NCBI GenBank assembly: GCA_001179505.1
Contig: CDMY01000243.1
Span: 310,001 to 374,000 of the forward strand
Length of the DNA: 64,000 nucleotides
Origin: Vitrella brassicaformis CCMP3155
Lineage: Eukaryota; Protista; Chromerida
Direction of reading: 5' to 3'
The notes below the pieces were generated by a model, which made no database searches, was not told where the DNA came from, and saw nothing but the letters and a program-made list of their open reading frames with translations. The position numbers and the translations under genes are program-made. Numbering within the stretch: the stretch's first letter is position 1; every line of letters begins with the position of its first letter. Positions 39,301-49,897 of this stretch are shown in pieces.

Positions 39301-42100
39301 AGTGGAAGGCGACTCTAGCCGCAGGTGAGAGCATAAACAATTGGCTAGAGTCGCCTTCTAGTAACTGTCGTTTCACTCTTATTTCGCAGCATATGGGCAG
39401 GCCCCAATAATGCAGTCGCTCCTGGAGGGAGCATGGGAGTGCCCTGTTGGCGAAGGTGTGTATTGACGATGGATACACGCACTCATGCACACGTGTCTCT
39501 TGGTGTCTCGTCTCATTCAGGACTACCCATTCTGATAGACGACAAGCAGTCGGGGCTCTCCCTTCCTACAAGTGGCTCAATAGAGGACAGGATGAGGGCG
39601 CCAGTCTGTTTTCTTTCGGCGCGGTGGGCACACACACAGGCCAAGCGCACTTACATGACCCGACAAACAAGGGCTGACGTGTTTTGCTGTACTCAGCCGG
39701 AAGATAACGAGAGAGGGAGATTTTATGCATGATCGACTGACAAGAATAACAACCGCTGAGTAAGTCAAAAAACACCGCGCTGTTCTGTTTGCAAGCAACA
39801 AGACGGCTTGTCTTTCAGGGAATGGGGGATGTTTGAGTATTTCACCACAGTCGGTTGCCGCCACGGCCAGTGGCTAATCTAAGAGCCGGTCACGCTCGAC
39901 GCCAAAAAACGGCGAGGCCTGCTCATTCTATGCCCGGACGACCAATGGCTGGTGGGCCCCTGGTTTGTGGAACGGTACTCGGCTGTGGTGGGGATCCACA
40001 CCGACCGGGATGCGACAGACATCATCTTCAAGACAAAGATCGACGCCGCTCGCATCTGCCGCATCCAGGCCATGCGCCATACACTTGGGAAAATCGTAAG
40101 TCATTGACAGACCGACAACCTCTGGCTGGCTCCATTTCACCCCCTACTTCTTGTCTCGCCACAGATGAATTCAAATCCATTCTCTCCCCAAGCCCGTGTG
40201 CTGCAGGCTTCCCTGGAGCGGTGAGCGTGTGGAAGAAAAGAAGTTGTTGCTTCCCTTGGGTAAAGACCTCGTTTGTGTGTGTGTGGCTATGTCTGTGGAA
40301 TGGACTACTCTTTTATCAGCGCAGACGAGAGCAAATGAAATAAAACAACACTGGCCCAACGGGACTTCATAGATGACACGCTGGAGAAGCTGGAAAAAGA
40401 CACTGGCAGGCCTCCCCACGGAGGCCACCATGTGACATCCATCTTCCTGCCCTTAAGGAGGCTGCCAGGGTGAGTACAACGCAGAGTCTACTAGCGTGTG
40501 ATCGGCCCCGCACCTGTCTGTTGCAGATCTACCGACAGCTCCTGCAGCGATGCGTGCATCTCAAACTCATCCACCAAGGGTGAGACACGTAAGCATTGAA
40601 TCTCGGGAGGTCATATGATGTGTGTGTGTGTGTGTGCGTGTGTGTGTATGTGTCTCAGTGCCACACCGCAGAGCTGCCTGGCAGCCCCAGAAGGTCCCGT
40701 CCCAAGGCTATGGAAGGCTACACTTGCCGCCGGTGAGACCACACATCCTGCAACTTATGCACATCATGATTGCATGCCTCACGGCGGTGTCTTGTCGCCT
40801 GCAGCTTACAGACGGGCCTTCATCGAGGAGTCGCTGCTAGAGGGGACGTGGAACTGCTCGATTGGCGAAGGTACGGCAGTCGACTGATACAAATATGTAT
40901 CTCTCGTGCTTCTAGCTGCAGGGCTGCCCGTCAGAATACACAAGCAATCGAGTGCTTCCCTTCTAGCCAGCGGCTTCATGGAAACCAGAATGAAGGAGCC
41001 TGCAGTGTTTTTGTCTGCGCGGTAAGCATAACGAGTCAGCGAAGGCAATCCTTAAAGCCCACAGCCCATTTGCATGCCGCGTCGCACAATCAAGAGTGAA
41101 CCAATCTGTTGGCTGTGTTTCAGACGACCATCAGCAGGGAAGGGTTTACCCATGACCGCTGAGTAAGCCACTTCAATCGATTGCAATGCCTTCTCAAGCA
41201 ATAAGACCTTCCCTTTCATTGTCAGTGACTGGGGGCTACTTGAAGACCTCACAACTGCCTTGTGTCGCGAGGGGGGGTGGCTCATCAATCGAGCTGTCAC
41301 TGATGATGCCAAGACAGCTCGAGGGCTGCCCCTGAACTCGCCGCACTCGCTGTTGCTGGGGTCTTCCATCAGGGGGCGGGAGACATGATATTCAAGGCAG
41401 AGTTTGACGACCAGCGCGCCTCCCGCCTCCTTGCCATGAGGCAAAAAATATCAGAAATTGTAAGTGGTGAACAGACAACTACTCTCACCTGCTACACCTC
41501 ATGTGTTGACGTTGATTTCATTCAGATGAAAGTATGCCCATTTGCGCCGACAACCCCTGTCGTGAATGCTCCTCTGCGAGGGTAGGCACAGACAAATGTC
41601 TTCTTAATCCCTTACTTACTCTGCGTATGCCAGCAGCTTTGTTTGTGCCGCCTCCTACAAGTTTCAGAAATTGAAGGAAATGCACTCATTAGTGCAAACC
41701 GAAGACCATCGGGAGGCGGCACAGACAACATTTGAAGCCTTAAAGGGGGAGCTGGAGAAAATGAAACAGAATAGGATGGGGAGACAGCTATCACAGCGGC
41801 AGACAAGGGATGAAGCTTTCTTGAAGGCACATTTGAGGGATTCCGTGGAGTCAGCGACATTCTTCGGCTATTCAAATTGGAGCGACAGCCAGGTCGACGG
41901 CTGCTTCGAAGAATTACCGTGAGTGAAGACAAATGACTGTAACGAATAGATGTCTATGGCTTTGTCATGGCTGTTTTACAGGATGCCGCCCCGAATGTGT
42001 TCAGGAACAGCAGCGAAGGCGGGAGCTGTTTTTTCATCATCGCTGCCTACATCTTATATTCGTCCGTTTCATCTTTTCTCGTTGCCATGTCTCTGTGAGG
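36301..42100 (+). pseudogene. Multi-exon DEAH-box helicase-like locus with two tandem RecA1 modules; the first appears frameshifted (pseudogene or assembly error)
   Basis: Module 1: LYGHLPIHEH|DIATTIFSNILSCLIA, out-of-frame GKTVT, RILVILPTVVAT, CLGEEVGIVTGEG, CLLDEAH (37462-37473), VVLISATL (SAT at 37617-37625), GRSARIDTRY. Module 2: LYDEMPIH|EIVEKVFTNKLTTIEAPTGSGK (38218-38283), FTEPRE, TPRIIILSDG. Further coding-like exons run to about 41920. The full model was not resolved. Confidence 0.6.
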
Positions 42101-42336
42101 CTTGCGCGCGCCTCTTACACATCGCTGCCTACATCTTTATATCTTGTGGTGTTGCTTTTCGATGACGGATTCGATGGTGACACAAACTTATGGACAACTT
42201 CATGCGATTCACTACCATATGTGTCTATGCGTACACAAGTGAGACAGAAAGTCATTTTGCTCGGAGAGCGATATCTACATGTGCAAACTGATCTTCCCGT
42301 CCTCCCCATATATATCCCACCCCGTCAGTCAGTAAG

Positions 42337-43448
42337 TCAGTCTTCCTCCAAGAGCCTCTGCATCCTCTCCCTCAGACTCATGCCCTCCCTCCCATCACCA
42401 TCAGACCCGCCCTTCCCCCTTGCCCCATCAGTATCAGGCGTGTCGTCATCGGCGGCTATGGCGCCCGCAGCCTCCAGCCAGACACGCAGCTCCTCATCTT
42501 CAATGTGCACTGTCGTCGTGTCGTCGCTGCTGTCGACATCACGCGAGTCGCTCGTGGCTTCCTCTTGGGCCTTGCGCTGAGAACAAACACCAACTGCATC
42601 ATTGATGGCTGGAATGATCCGTGTTCGTCCGTTTCTTGCGGACCGTTTGCCGCTTCTTGTTTGCATTTCTCTTCTTAATCTTGGCCTGCACAAACACACA
42701 CACACACACACACAGACGGACAGGCAGACAGGTATACTACAGGCCAAGACGAGGTCGCTCATTGTGCCGCGTACGATCTTCCGTCCCAGCTTGCTCTCCC
42801 TCCCATTGATCAGCCAATCGAGCTTCTCCTGCAGACACACAGAACACACACCCGACCAACCGTGAACAGTGTGCGCTTCCCACGATGCTACCCGCTCACC
42901 TTGAGCCTTGCTCTCGCTATCTTCCTGTTCCACTGCAGCGACTGAGTGTCATGAACCTACCATGAACAACAACAACAACAGCAACAACAACAACAACAAG
43001 AACAACAACAAGAGCAGACACCGCTCATGCATGCGTTCTTCCTGCCGCTGCTTTCCTTTCCACACACCCGCACAATCACGCCGCTAGGCACATGTGTCAG
43101 AAGCACGGCATTGCCCGCCATATTCACCGATTGTCCACCAGGACCACCACCTCGCATGAAGGACTCCCTCAGATCTCTCTCATCCATCACAACAGGGATG
43201 GCCTCCTCGCCGGGCGCTCTGCGTGGCAGGCCAGGGATCACATCCTTGTCGCCGGGCCGTGACGAGCTGGTGTGATGGCGCGTGTGGAGCAGGGGCATCT
43301 GCTGATGAATGGCTGTTGTTGCACGCATGCCTTGCGCGAGAGGAAGAATGGGTGCTTCGCTGCTCCTCCTGCTTGTCAGCGTTCCGTGCTGAGCAAAAGA
43401 CCGCCTGTACGAAGCCGCTTCGGCAGCTGAGATGCTCAGGCGGCGCAT
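42337..43448 (-). CDS. MTRFR: GGQ peptidyl-tRNA hydrolase / mitochondrial ribosome rescue factor (C12orf65/mtRF-R-like)
   Basis: DERDLRESFMRGGGPGGQSVNMAGNAVLLTHVPSGVIV (GGQ at 43131-43139); WNRKIARARLK|EKLDWLING; basic tail AKIKKRNANKKRQTVRKKR; Arg/Ser-rich presequence-like N-terminus MRRLSISAAEAASYRRSF. Confidence 0.82.
42964..43012. repeat. (AAC)n trinucleotide microsatellite in an intron
   Basis: aacaacaacaacaacagcaacaacaacaacaacaagaacaacaacaag seen directly. Confidence 0.9.
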
Positions 43449-43849
43449 TCGATGGATCTGACAGATCTCCGTGGTGGATGAATAGACGAGAGTCACCAGG
43501 GGGGCAAAAAGATGTGAGGGGACCTTCAGCTCGCATGATGCCGATCGCGGGGAGAAATCAGCCGAATGACATTCGACAGCATCGCAGCGCACAAGAGGGT
43601 ATGACAACAGATAGAATGCATCAGCAAATTCATTGGATCATCCATCGCGTTTGCTGCAGTCGGGAAAATCGGGAAACCGGCTGGATAATGCCATTGAAAC
43701 TGCGCCATTGAAGGACCCCTGACCTGGCGGAGCCGCCAGGTATGCATTGGTTCCGCTTTCATCGGTGATTGTGATGCCTTTGTGCCCTGCCGACGCACAG
43801 ATCACCGTACCACCATTGAGGCATGGCTGCAGATGTACAGGAGGCAGCC

Positions 43850-45500
43850 ATGTCAATGGCCGACATGAAGCAACGTCATGCCAAGGTAAGGATCCGCCGC
43901 CGTTCAGCTCATTGTGCTCTCAGCCTTTGTTTGCGTCGTGTGTCAGATAGCAGGTCTGATGACCCGCCTGTCGGAGTTGGAGCCCTCGGCTCTGTCCTCA
44001 CATGTATGCAGGCAACGAAACACCCGTCCACATCTTACAAATGCATGCATGTCGTCCGTGGAAGGATTGATTCCTGCAGAGTTGCTGGCGTTGCATGAAG
44101 GTAGCGCTGGAGCAGTTCACCAGCCTAGAGGCCACGCTGACCACCCTCGTAGAGTCGGCCACCCACCCCCAGCCGCAGTCTGCTGACACACAGGTACTCA
44201 CATATTTGATGTCTGTAACGGAACTCGCATCTTTCGTGGATATGTTCTGCAGCTCGCCACCTTCCCTCGGGCCCGCCTGTCGGAGATCGGTGGTCCTGAG
44301 CAGTCTCTCTGTCGGCGGCTGACGGACGCCATCGACCGCGCTGGGCTCAAGGGCGTGATCCGATTTGCCCCACAGCTGAGCGACACCCATATGGTGACAG
44401 CACTGTGGCTGATGGAGGAGGGCGGCAGGTGGAGCGAGGTGGCCAATGGGCTGAGATATGCGCGACAGCTGGGCTGTTGCCGGCTACCCGTCACTGTCGA
44501 TGCTGTAGACCTGCGGAAGCACGCGACCAAGGCGGTGAGAGGCACACGAGACAACGCCACCTCACATGATGGAGTGTCTACATCAATGTGTGCACCTGTC
44601 TGTCATGCACGCAGGACTATCTGTCCATGCCTAGAGTGCTGGCTCAGTGGATGGTGGTGGGTCGGCACGTCGTCTTTCGCCGCGCCGATGGCCGGCAGGA
44701 CGGCAGCTTCGAGCTGTTCCGGCACGGCAACCAGATCCGCGCCGTCCGAGACAAGCCGGGATTCGCCATCAGCTGCAGTCCTAGGTTTCCCAGGTTTGAG
44801 GTGCATCCCTTGTCCCCGCACCCCTTCCAGCAGCACATGAAGCACGACGATCCCCCGATACATTATGCCCTCTTTTTTCGCCACGACACCGGGTGGGCGA
44901 CGGATGGCGGGGAGTGGCTTGAGGCCTCGACTAGCAGCTGGATCATGGCCACAATCGGCAGTGCTCTTGACAGTAACACGCGGGTCCGCGGGCGCCATGG
45001 CGTCAGGCTCACTCGGTATGTACGGCAGACAGTCAGCAAGTGGCAGGCTTGTTCCCTCCGTGTCTCTGTCACTGCGTGCCTCTGTATGTGTCAGGGTAAG
45101 TGGAGGTATTTTGGACGGTTTGTTCACCCACCGATCGCCTCACGTGCCGCTGGACGGGTGCGTGGCGGTCTCGACTATGGAGGAGTACCATGGAGGCAAC
45201 GCGCAGGAACACCACCTGCTGACGGCGTTTGACGACCCCTTCATTGCAGAGCTGAGCTTCTCGCCTTGGGGAGGCAAGGAGTCTGAGAGGGGTGAGAAAA
45301 ACAGGCATGATAGACACGGACAGGACACTCAGATGACTATCTATGTATGGCTTGCAGTACGCTGTGTGGTGGTGACGACGGAGCCACCAGTGGGCGGTGA
45401 GAACGGGCCCTTTGAAGAGCGGTATCCGCGCACAGCAGCCTTGGTGAGGAGGGCACTTGGCCCCCTTGCCGAATCCTTCTTCAATGGGCCTCCTGATTGA
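43850..45500 (+). CDS. Hypothetical multi-exon protein, probably lineage-specific
   Basis: Exons MSMADMKQRHAK|IAGLMTRLSELE...; DAIDRAGLKGVIRF...RYARQLG; WMVVGRHVVFRRADGRQDGSFELFRHGNQIRAVRDKPGF; ending ESFFNGPPD*. GT/AG boundaries are present but no domain was recognised. Confidence 0.55.
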
Positions 45501-45917
45501 TGAGAGGAAAGTGGGGGTGAGTGAGTGCGCGCGGGGCCAGCCATTGGCTTGCGTCTGGGTACAATACATGTACACCATATCGATATGTATGTATGTATGA
45601 CTCGTATATATCCATGTCTTTCTGTACAGTCAATGAATGACTACATGCACCAAATGTGCACCCACCCATGCCCACCCATGCCCGGCCATAGGTCGGTCCG
45701 TCCGATAGACACACCAACACATCACTGACATGCATCAGCAAGCAACAATTAGATGGATTGGATGCGATGCGATGCCCACCGGTCACGATGCAAGCACAAA
45801 CGCGTCAGCCATCCGTCCCAGCATCCGTCTCGGGCTCATCCTTGTCTCTCTCGTCACAAGCCGTCTCCTCCTCCCCCTCCACCTCTCCCTTGCCACCCTC
45901 TCCATCGGGCCCATCGG

Positions 45918-46770
45918 CTACCGCCTCTCATCTTCCCTCGCTGCTGCTGCTGCTGCTGCTGAGGATGATGATGAGGATGATGACGGGCACGAGCGGGCAG
46001 CGTCCTTTGACTCTAGCTGCTCCAGCTCTTGATACAGCGACGACAACTGGACGGACGACACACACATAACATACACACACAGGCAACCCATAGCATCAGT
46101 AAGTTAGACGCACCTTGTCTTTGAGTCTTGCGATAGTGTTGTCGAGTGCGTCGTCCCGCCTCGCCGCGCGCCCACTGCGGCCGGTGTGGGGCACTGACGG
46201 GGTGTCGCTGGTAGTGGCACTGGCGGTGCTGGGGGTAGTGGTGGCCTGTTGGTCGTCGGGCTTGGCGGCGGATGGGCCGTCGTCTGCGGTTGAAGGTCTG
46301 AGCTGTGACAGGTTGGCTCGCATCGTGTGGTTGATCTGATAGGTGGACGGAAAGACAAGAAGTAGGGCAATACGGTCTTGGTGGGTAAGTGCGGCTAGGT
46401 GTGTGGGTTTACTGACCTCTTTGAGGAAGTCGACGTCCTTGCGGAGGCCCTCGACACGCGCCTGATGATCGATCCATCCCCCCATGAATGCTTGTTGATG
46501 CAACACATACATACCTGTGCCTCTCGTGTGTGTGCCAACACACCTGTGCGTGCTTGAGTGCTTTCTCCTGCTGGTGTCTGTTGTGGTCGCCCTGACTTAT
46601 CAGCTGACGCAACGACGCCTGCACACACAGATAAGACGCCCACACATTCACCGTATGTGTGTCTGTGTGGTATAGCTCACTGCTTGGTCCTGGAGTGACT
46701 CAGCTTTGGCTTTGAGCGTCTCCAGGTCACACGCATGGGACCGCTCAGCCTCGCGCAGCTGAACCACACA

Positions 46771-46802
<32 letters not shown>

Positions 46803-49792
46803 GGATGCGGTGCTCGCTGCATGCGCCATGTCTGCCTGTGTGTGTGGGGGGGATGCCTGCATACCTTTTCTTCGAAGAAGTGTCGTTGGTAATCGAGTTG
46901 TGAGACGAGGACCACATCAAGCTCCATGCCCAGATGATCCGTCGCACACTATGTGACACACACAACAGATACGGACGTGGGTGACCTCGGCCGGCATCCA
47001 CGCATCGACTCACCTCTGAGGCCTTTTTGGCTTCTTCAGGGTCTCCCAGGTCCCCGTCCTTTTCATCCTCATCGCCACCACGCACCTCTCCATCTGACAC
47101 ACATAGATACATACCACATATGGTAAGGGGGGATCGCGTGTTGTCTGTCCCTGCCCCTGTCCGCTCACCAGCAGCAGCAGTTGGGTCGGCCGGGTGCGGC
47201 AGGGCCACCTCGAAGAAACGACCTGCCGCCACGGCCTGAACCTGTGCACAGTGTTCCCGTGTTCCCACGCCACGGAGAGAGGCGATGCGATGTCTAGAAG
47301 ACCATGCTACAGTATTGCTGTGCGTGGCTCACCAGTCGCCTGTGGACAAAGACATCCTGGTCGTAGTCCCAAATGCGGCCGGATGAGAGTTGCAGGCAGA
47401 ATCGGTGGCCAGTGGTGGCCGCGTGCTCCTTGGCGTGGCCGCCAGCATACCTGAAAACACATACATGACACATACATGACACACACACGCATTTATTCAG
47501 ACACATGTCCAACGGCCGCAGGAAAGGATCGCTGCTCGACACAGTGCAATGTGACCTTCCTACCTGCCGCATCCAAAGTGCCCGCAGACGAGACATATCC
47601 ACAGCTGAACGTGGACACACACACACACAGCCACACCACACTCATCCATGTGGGTATGTATGTACCCCCAATCTACCTACTTACCTGGTTGTGTGCGCCG
47701 CATTCCCTGCAGCTGTCGATGCTCATGTCACTGATGCCGCCGCAGCCCGTCGATGCCCTCGACCGAGTTGTGGCATCGATCTCCCATAGCGCGCCGCTGC
47801 TCGCGGTGGAAGTGGTAGGTGGCCGCAATGGCAGGGACTGCTGGGGCGAGCTCTGACAGAGTGACGGGGAGACAGGGAGGCACGTATGGTGTGGTTGTGT
47901 GTTCGGTGTCTGAGGGTACCTTGATGAGTTGTGCGAGTCCCTGTGTGGAGCTGGCGGTGGTCTTGCGGCGCTTGTTGGTCCCATGAAGGGACAACGGGAA
48001 CCTGAAAATGAAGATCAACATCCATCAACCTCTGGTGGATGCGGGCTGGGATGGATGCCTTGTGCACTGACTGACTGACTTGACGACACATCTGCAGGCG
48101 TTGCACGACCGCAGAGGGAGACACCCCGCAGACAGCCAACCGGAAGACTGCGTCAAGATACCTGCAAACGAGCCACAAAGCACCCATATACATAGCTATT
48201 AATCCATCTCATCTCATCTATGCTGGCAGGTTTGCCTGCCATGCCTACCTACCCGTGACGGAGACGTCAAGCCGTTCGAGGCACACGGGGCACGAGGGGA
48301 TCTCCGAACATAGAGATGGTGACAACGGGGGGGACGGGGGCTGTTTGAGTTGACACACACAACACATGACAGACAGACAGACGTCACATCTGGCACGGAC
48401 CCATATATCCATTCCCGCTGACCTCAATGTGTTTATTGTGCCCATCAGCAGCGTGCCAGTATGTGACGGATGCGACGAAGACGAGGTAGCAGCAGGGCAG
48501 GCCTGCCGTGGTCTGCTGGCTGTCGGGGGCCTCCCGCCGGCCTATCACCGACTGGGCCGTGAAGCTGGGGAACGACTTGCCGTGAAACGCCTGATAGAAG
48601 TTGTCGGCATGTTGCTGAGAGTCAAGGATCACCAGAGCCGAGTAGAAACTGCCAACAGACAATACACACCACACACAAGAAGGAAGAACTAGGCGACAGA
48701 CAGACAAAATAATCTTCCTTCGCAGCTCAGCTCCTCCCACTCCTCACTCAGGGGTCGGTGACGGCACATCCACTTCGCCGTCCCACTCGCTCTCCGCGCC
48801 CTGCCGCACCCCACCAGCAGGCGACCTCTCATCGCCGCCGTCGCCATTGTCGATGGTCGTGATAGCATCCTCAGGCAGGCTGGGCAGCGGCTGGTACGGC
48901 CCCTCCGTCTGCACCCCTATCGACACGCACGCCGCCGGCCGGTGTGCAGGTGAGGCGGAGTTGTCGGGGGGCTGGTGGATGGGGGGGCTGGCTGATCGGC
49001 TGGAGGGCCACGAGGGCCGCCTGAAGACCCGCAGGATGCTGATGGACGCGCGCGACTCGCCGAAGAAGGCGAGCAGGTCGGGCAGCGAAAAGGTGGAGGG
49101 GGCCGCCACAAGGAACAACTGCACAAACATATGCAAACCAGCCACGAAAGCATCCATCCATCCATCCATCCATCCATCCATCTCCTATCGCACTGACTCA
49201 CTGACCATGTGGCTCCTTTGCAGCGGCAGCACACGGAATCCGTGTGACCGGCCGCCGTGCCGAGCCGGCAGAGTCACGCCTGTCTTCTCCCTGACACAGA
49301 GATACGGACGGACACAGCCAACAGCACACAAGTGGTTGCACACAAGTGGCGGTAGGTGGAACCATCATGGCAGAGAATGCATGCATGGCTTACTGGAAGA
49401 GATGGCACTCGCCGGTAAGCTCCTGCACGCCACCCCTGGGAGCAGGCTCTCTGACAGTGGGACACAGCAACAAGACAGATCAACACACCACACCCAATGC
49501 GCAGAATGTGCAGACAGACGATCAGTCACTCCTTCCTTGCTTCCTTCACGAGCAGCACCAGATCTCACCTTCTTCCCCCTGCATCTGTCCTCGGCTGTGT
49601 CATAGTTCCATCATATTGATTCGCTGCATCTTCCTCCGGCGAGCACAGCCTGGCATTGTCATCTATGTCGTTGCCGTCTTGCCCTTGGTTTTCTTCCCGC
49701 TCGACAGTCTGCTCGAAGTGGCTGAGGCGGACAGGCCCGTTGCGGAGGAGACCCGCTGAACAAGGCGACAGCTTGGTCACCAAATGAAACAT
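45918..49792 (-). CDS. BRAP: BRCA1-associated protein / ETP1-like (BRAP2 domain, RING region, ZnF-UBP, coiled coil)
   Basis: LFLVAAPSTFSLPDLLAFF; YSALVILDSQQHADNFYQAFHGKSF; EIPSCPVCLERLD; CRECGAHNQ|LWICLVCGHFGCG|RYAGGHAKEHAATTGHRFCLQLSSGRIWDYDQDVFVHR; LVSQLDYQRHFFEEK. Start codon uncertain. Confidence 0.87.
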
Positions 49793-49897
49793 CACAAACA
49801 CAAGACACTTGCTCCCCCCATTCGCTTCTCTCTTGGCGGTTTCAGGGAGCACCAAACTTGCGAGCTTCGCCAGAGAGCGCCCTTCCTTAGCGTCGGC

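Noticed and set aside
36100-42330. Transposon (Helitron, Polinton or retroelement) explanation for the helicase island
   Set aside because: The motifs are SF2 DEAH-type, and I saw no Rep, transposase, RT or integrase motifs, terminal repeats or TSDs.
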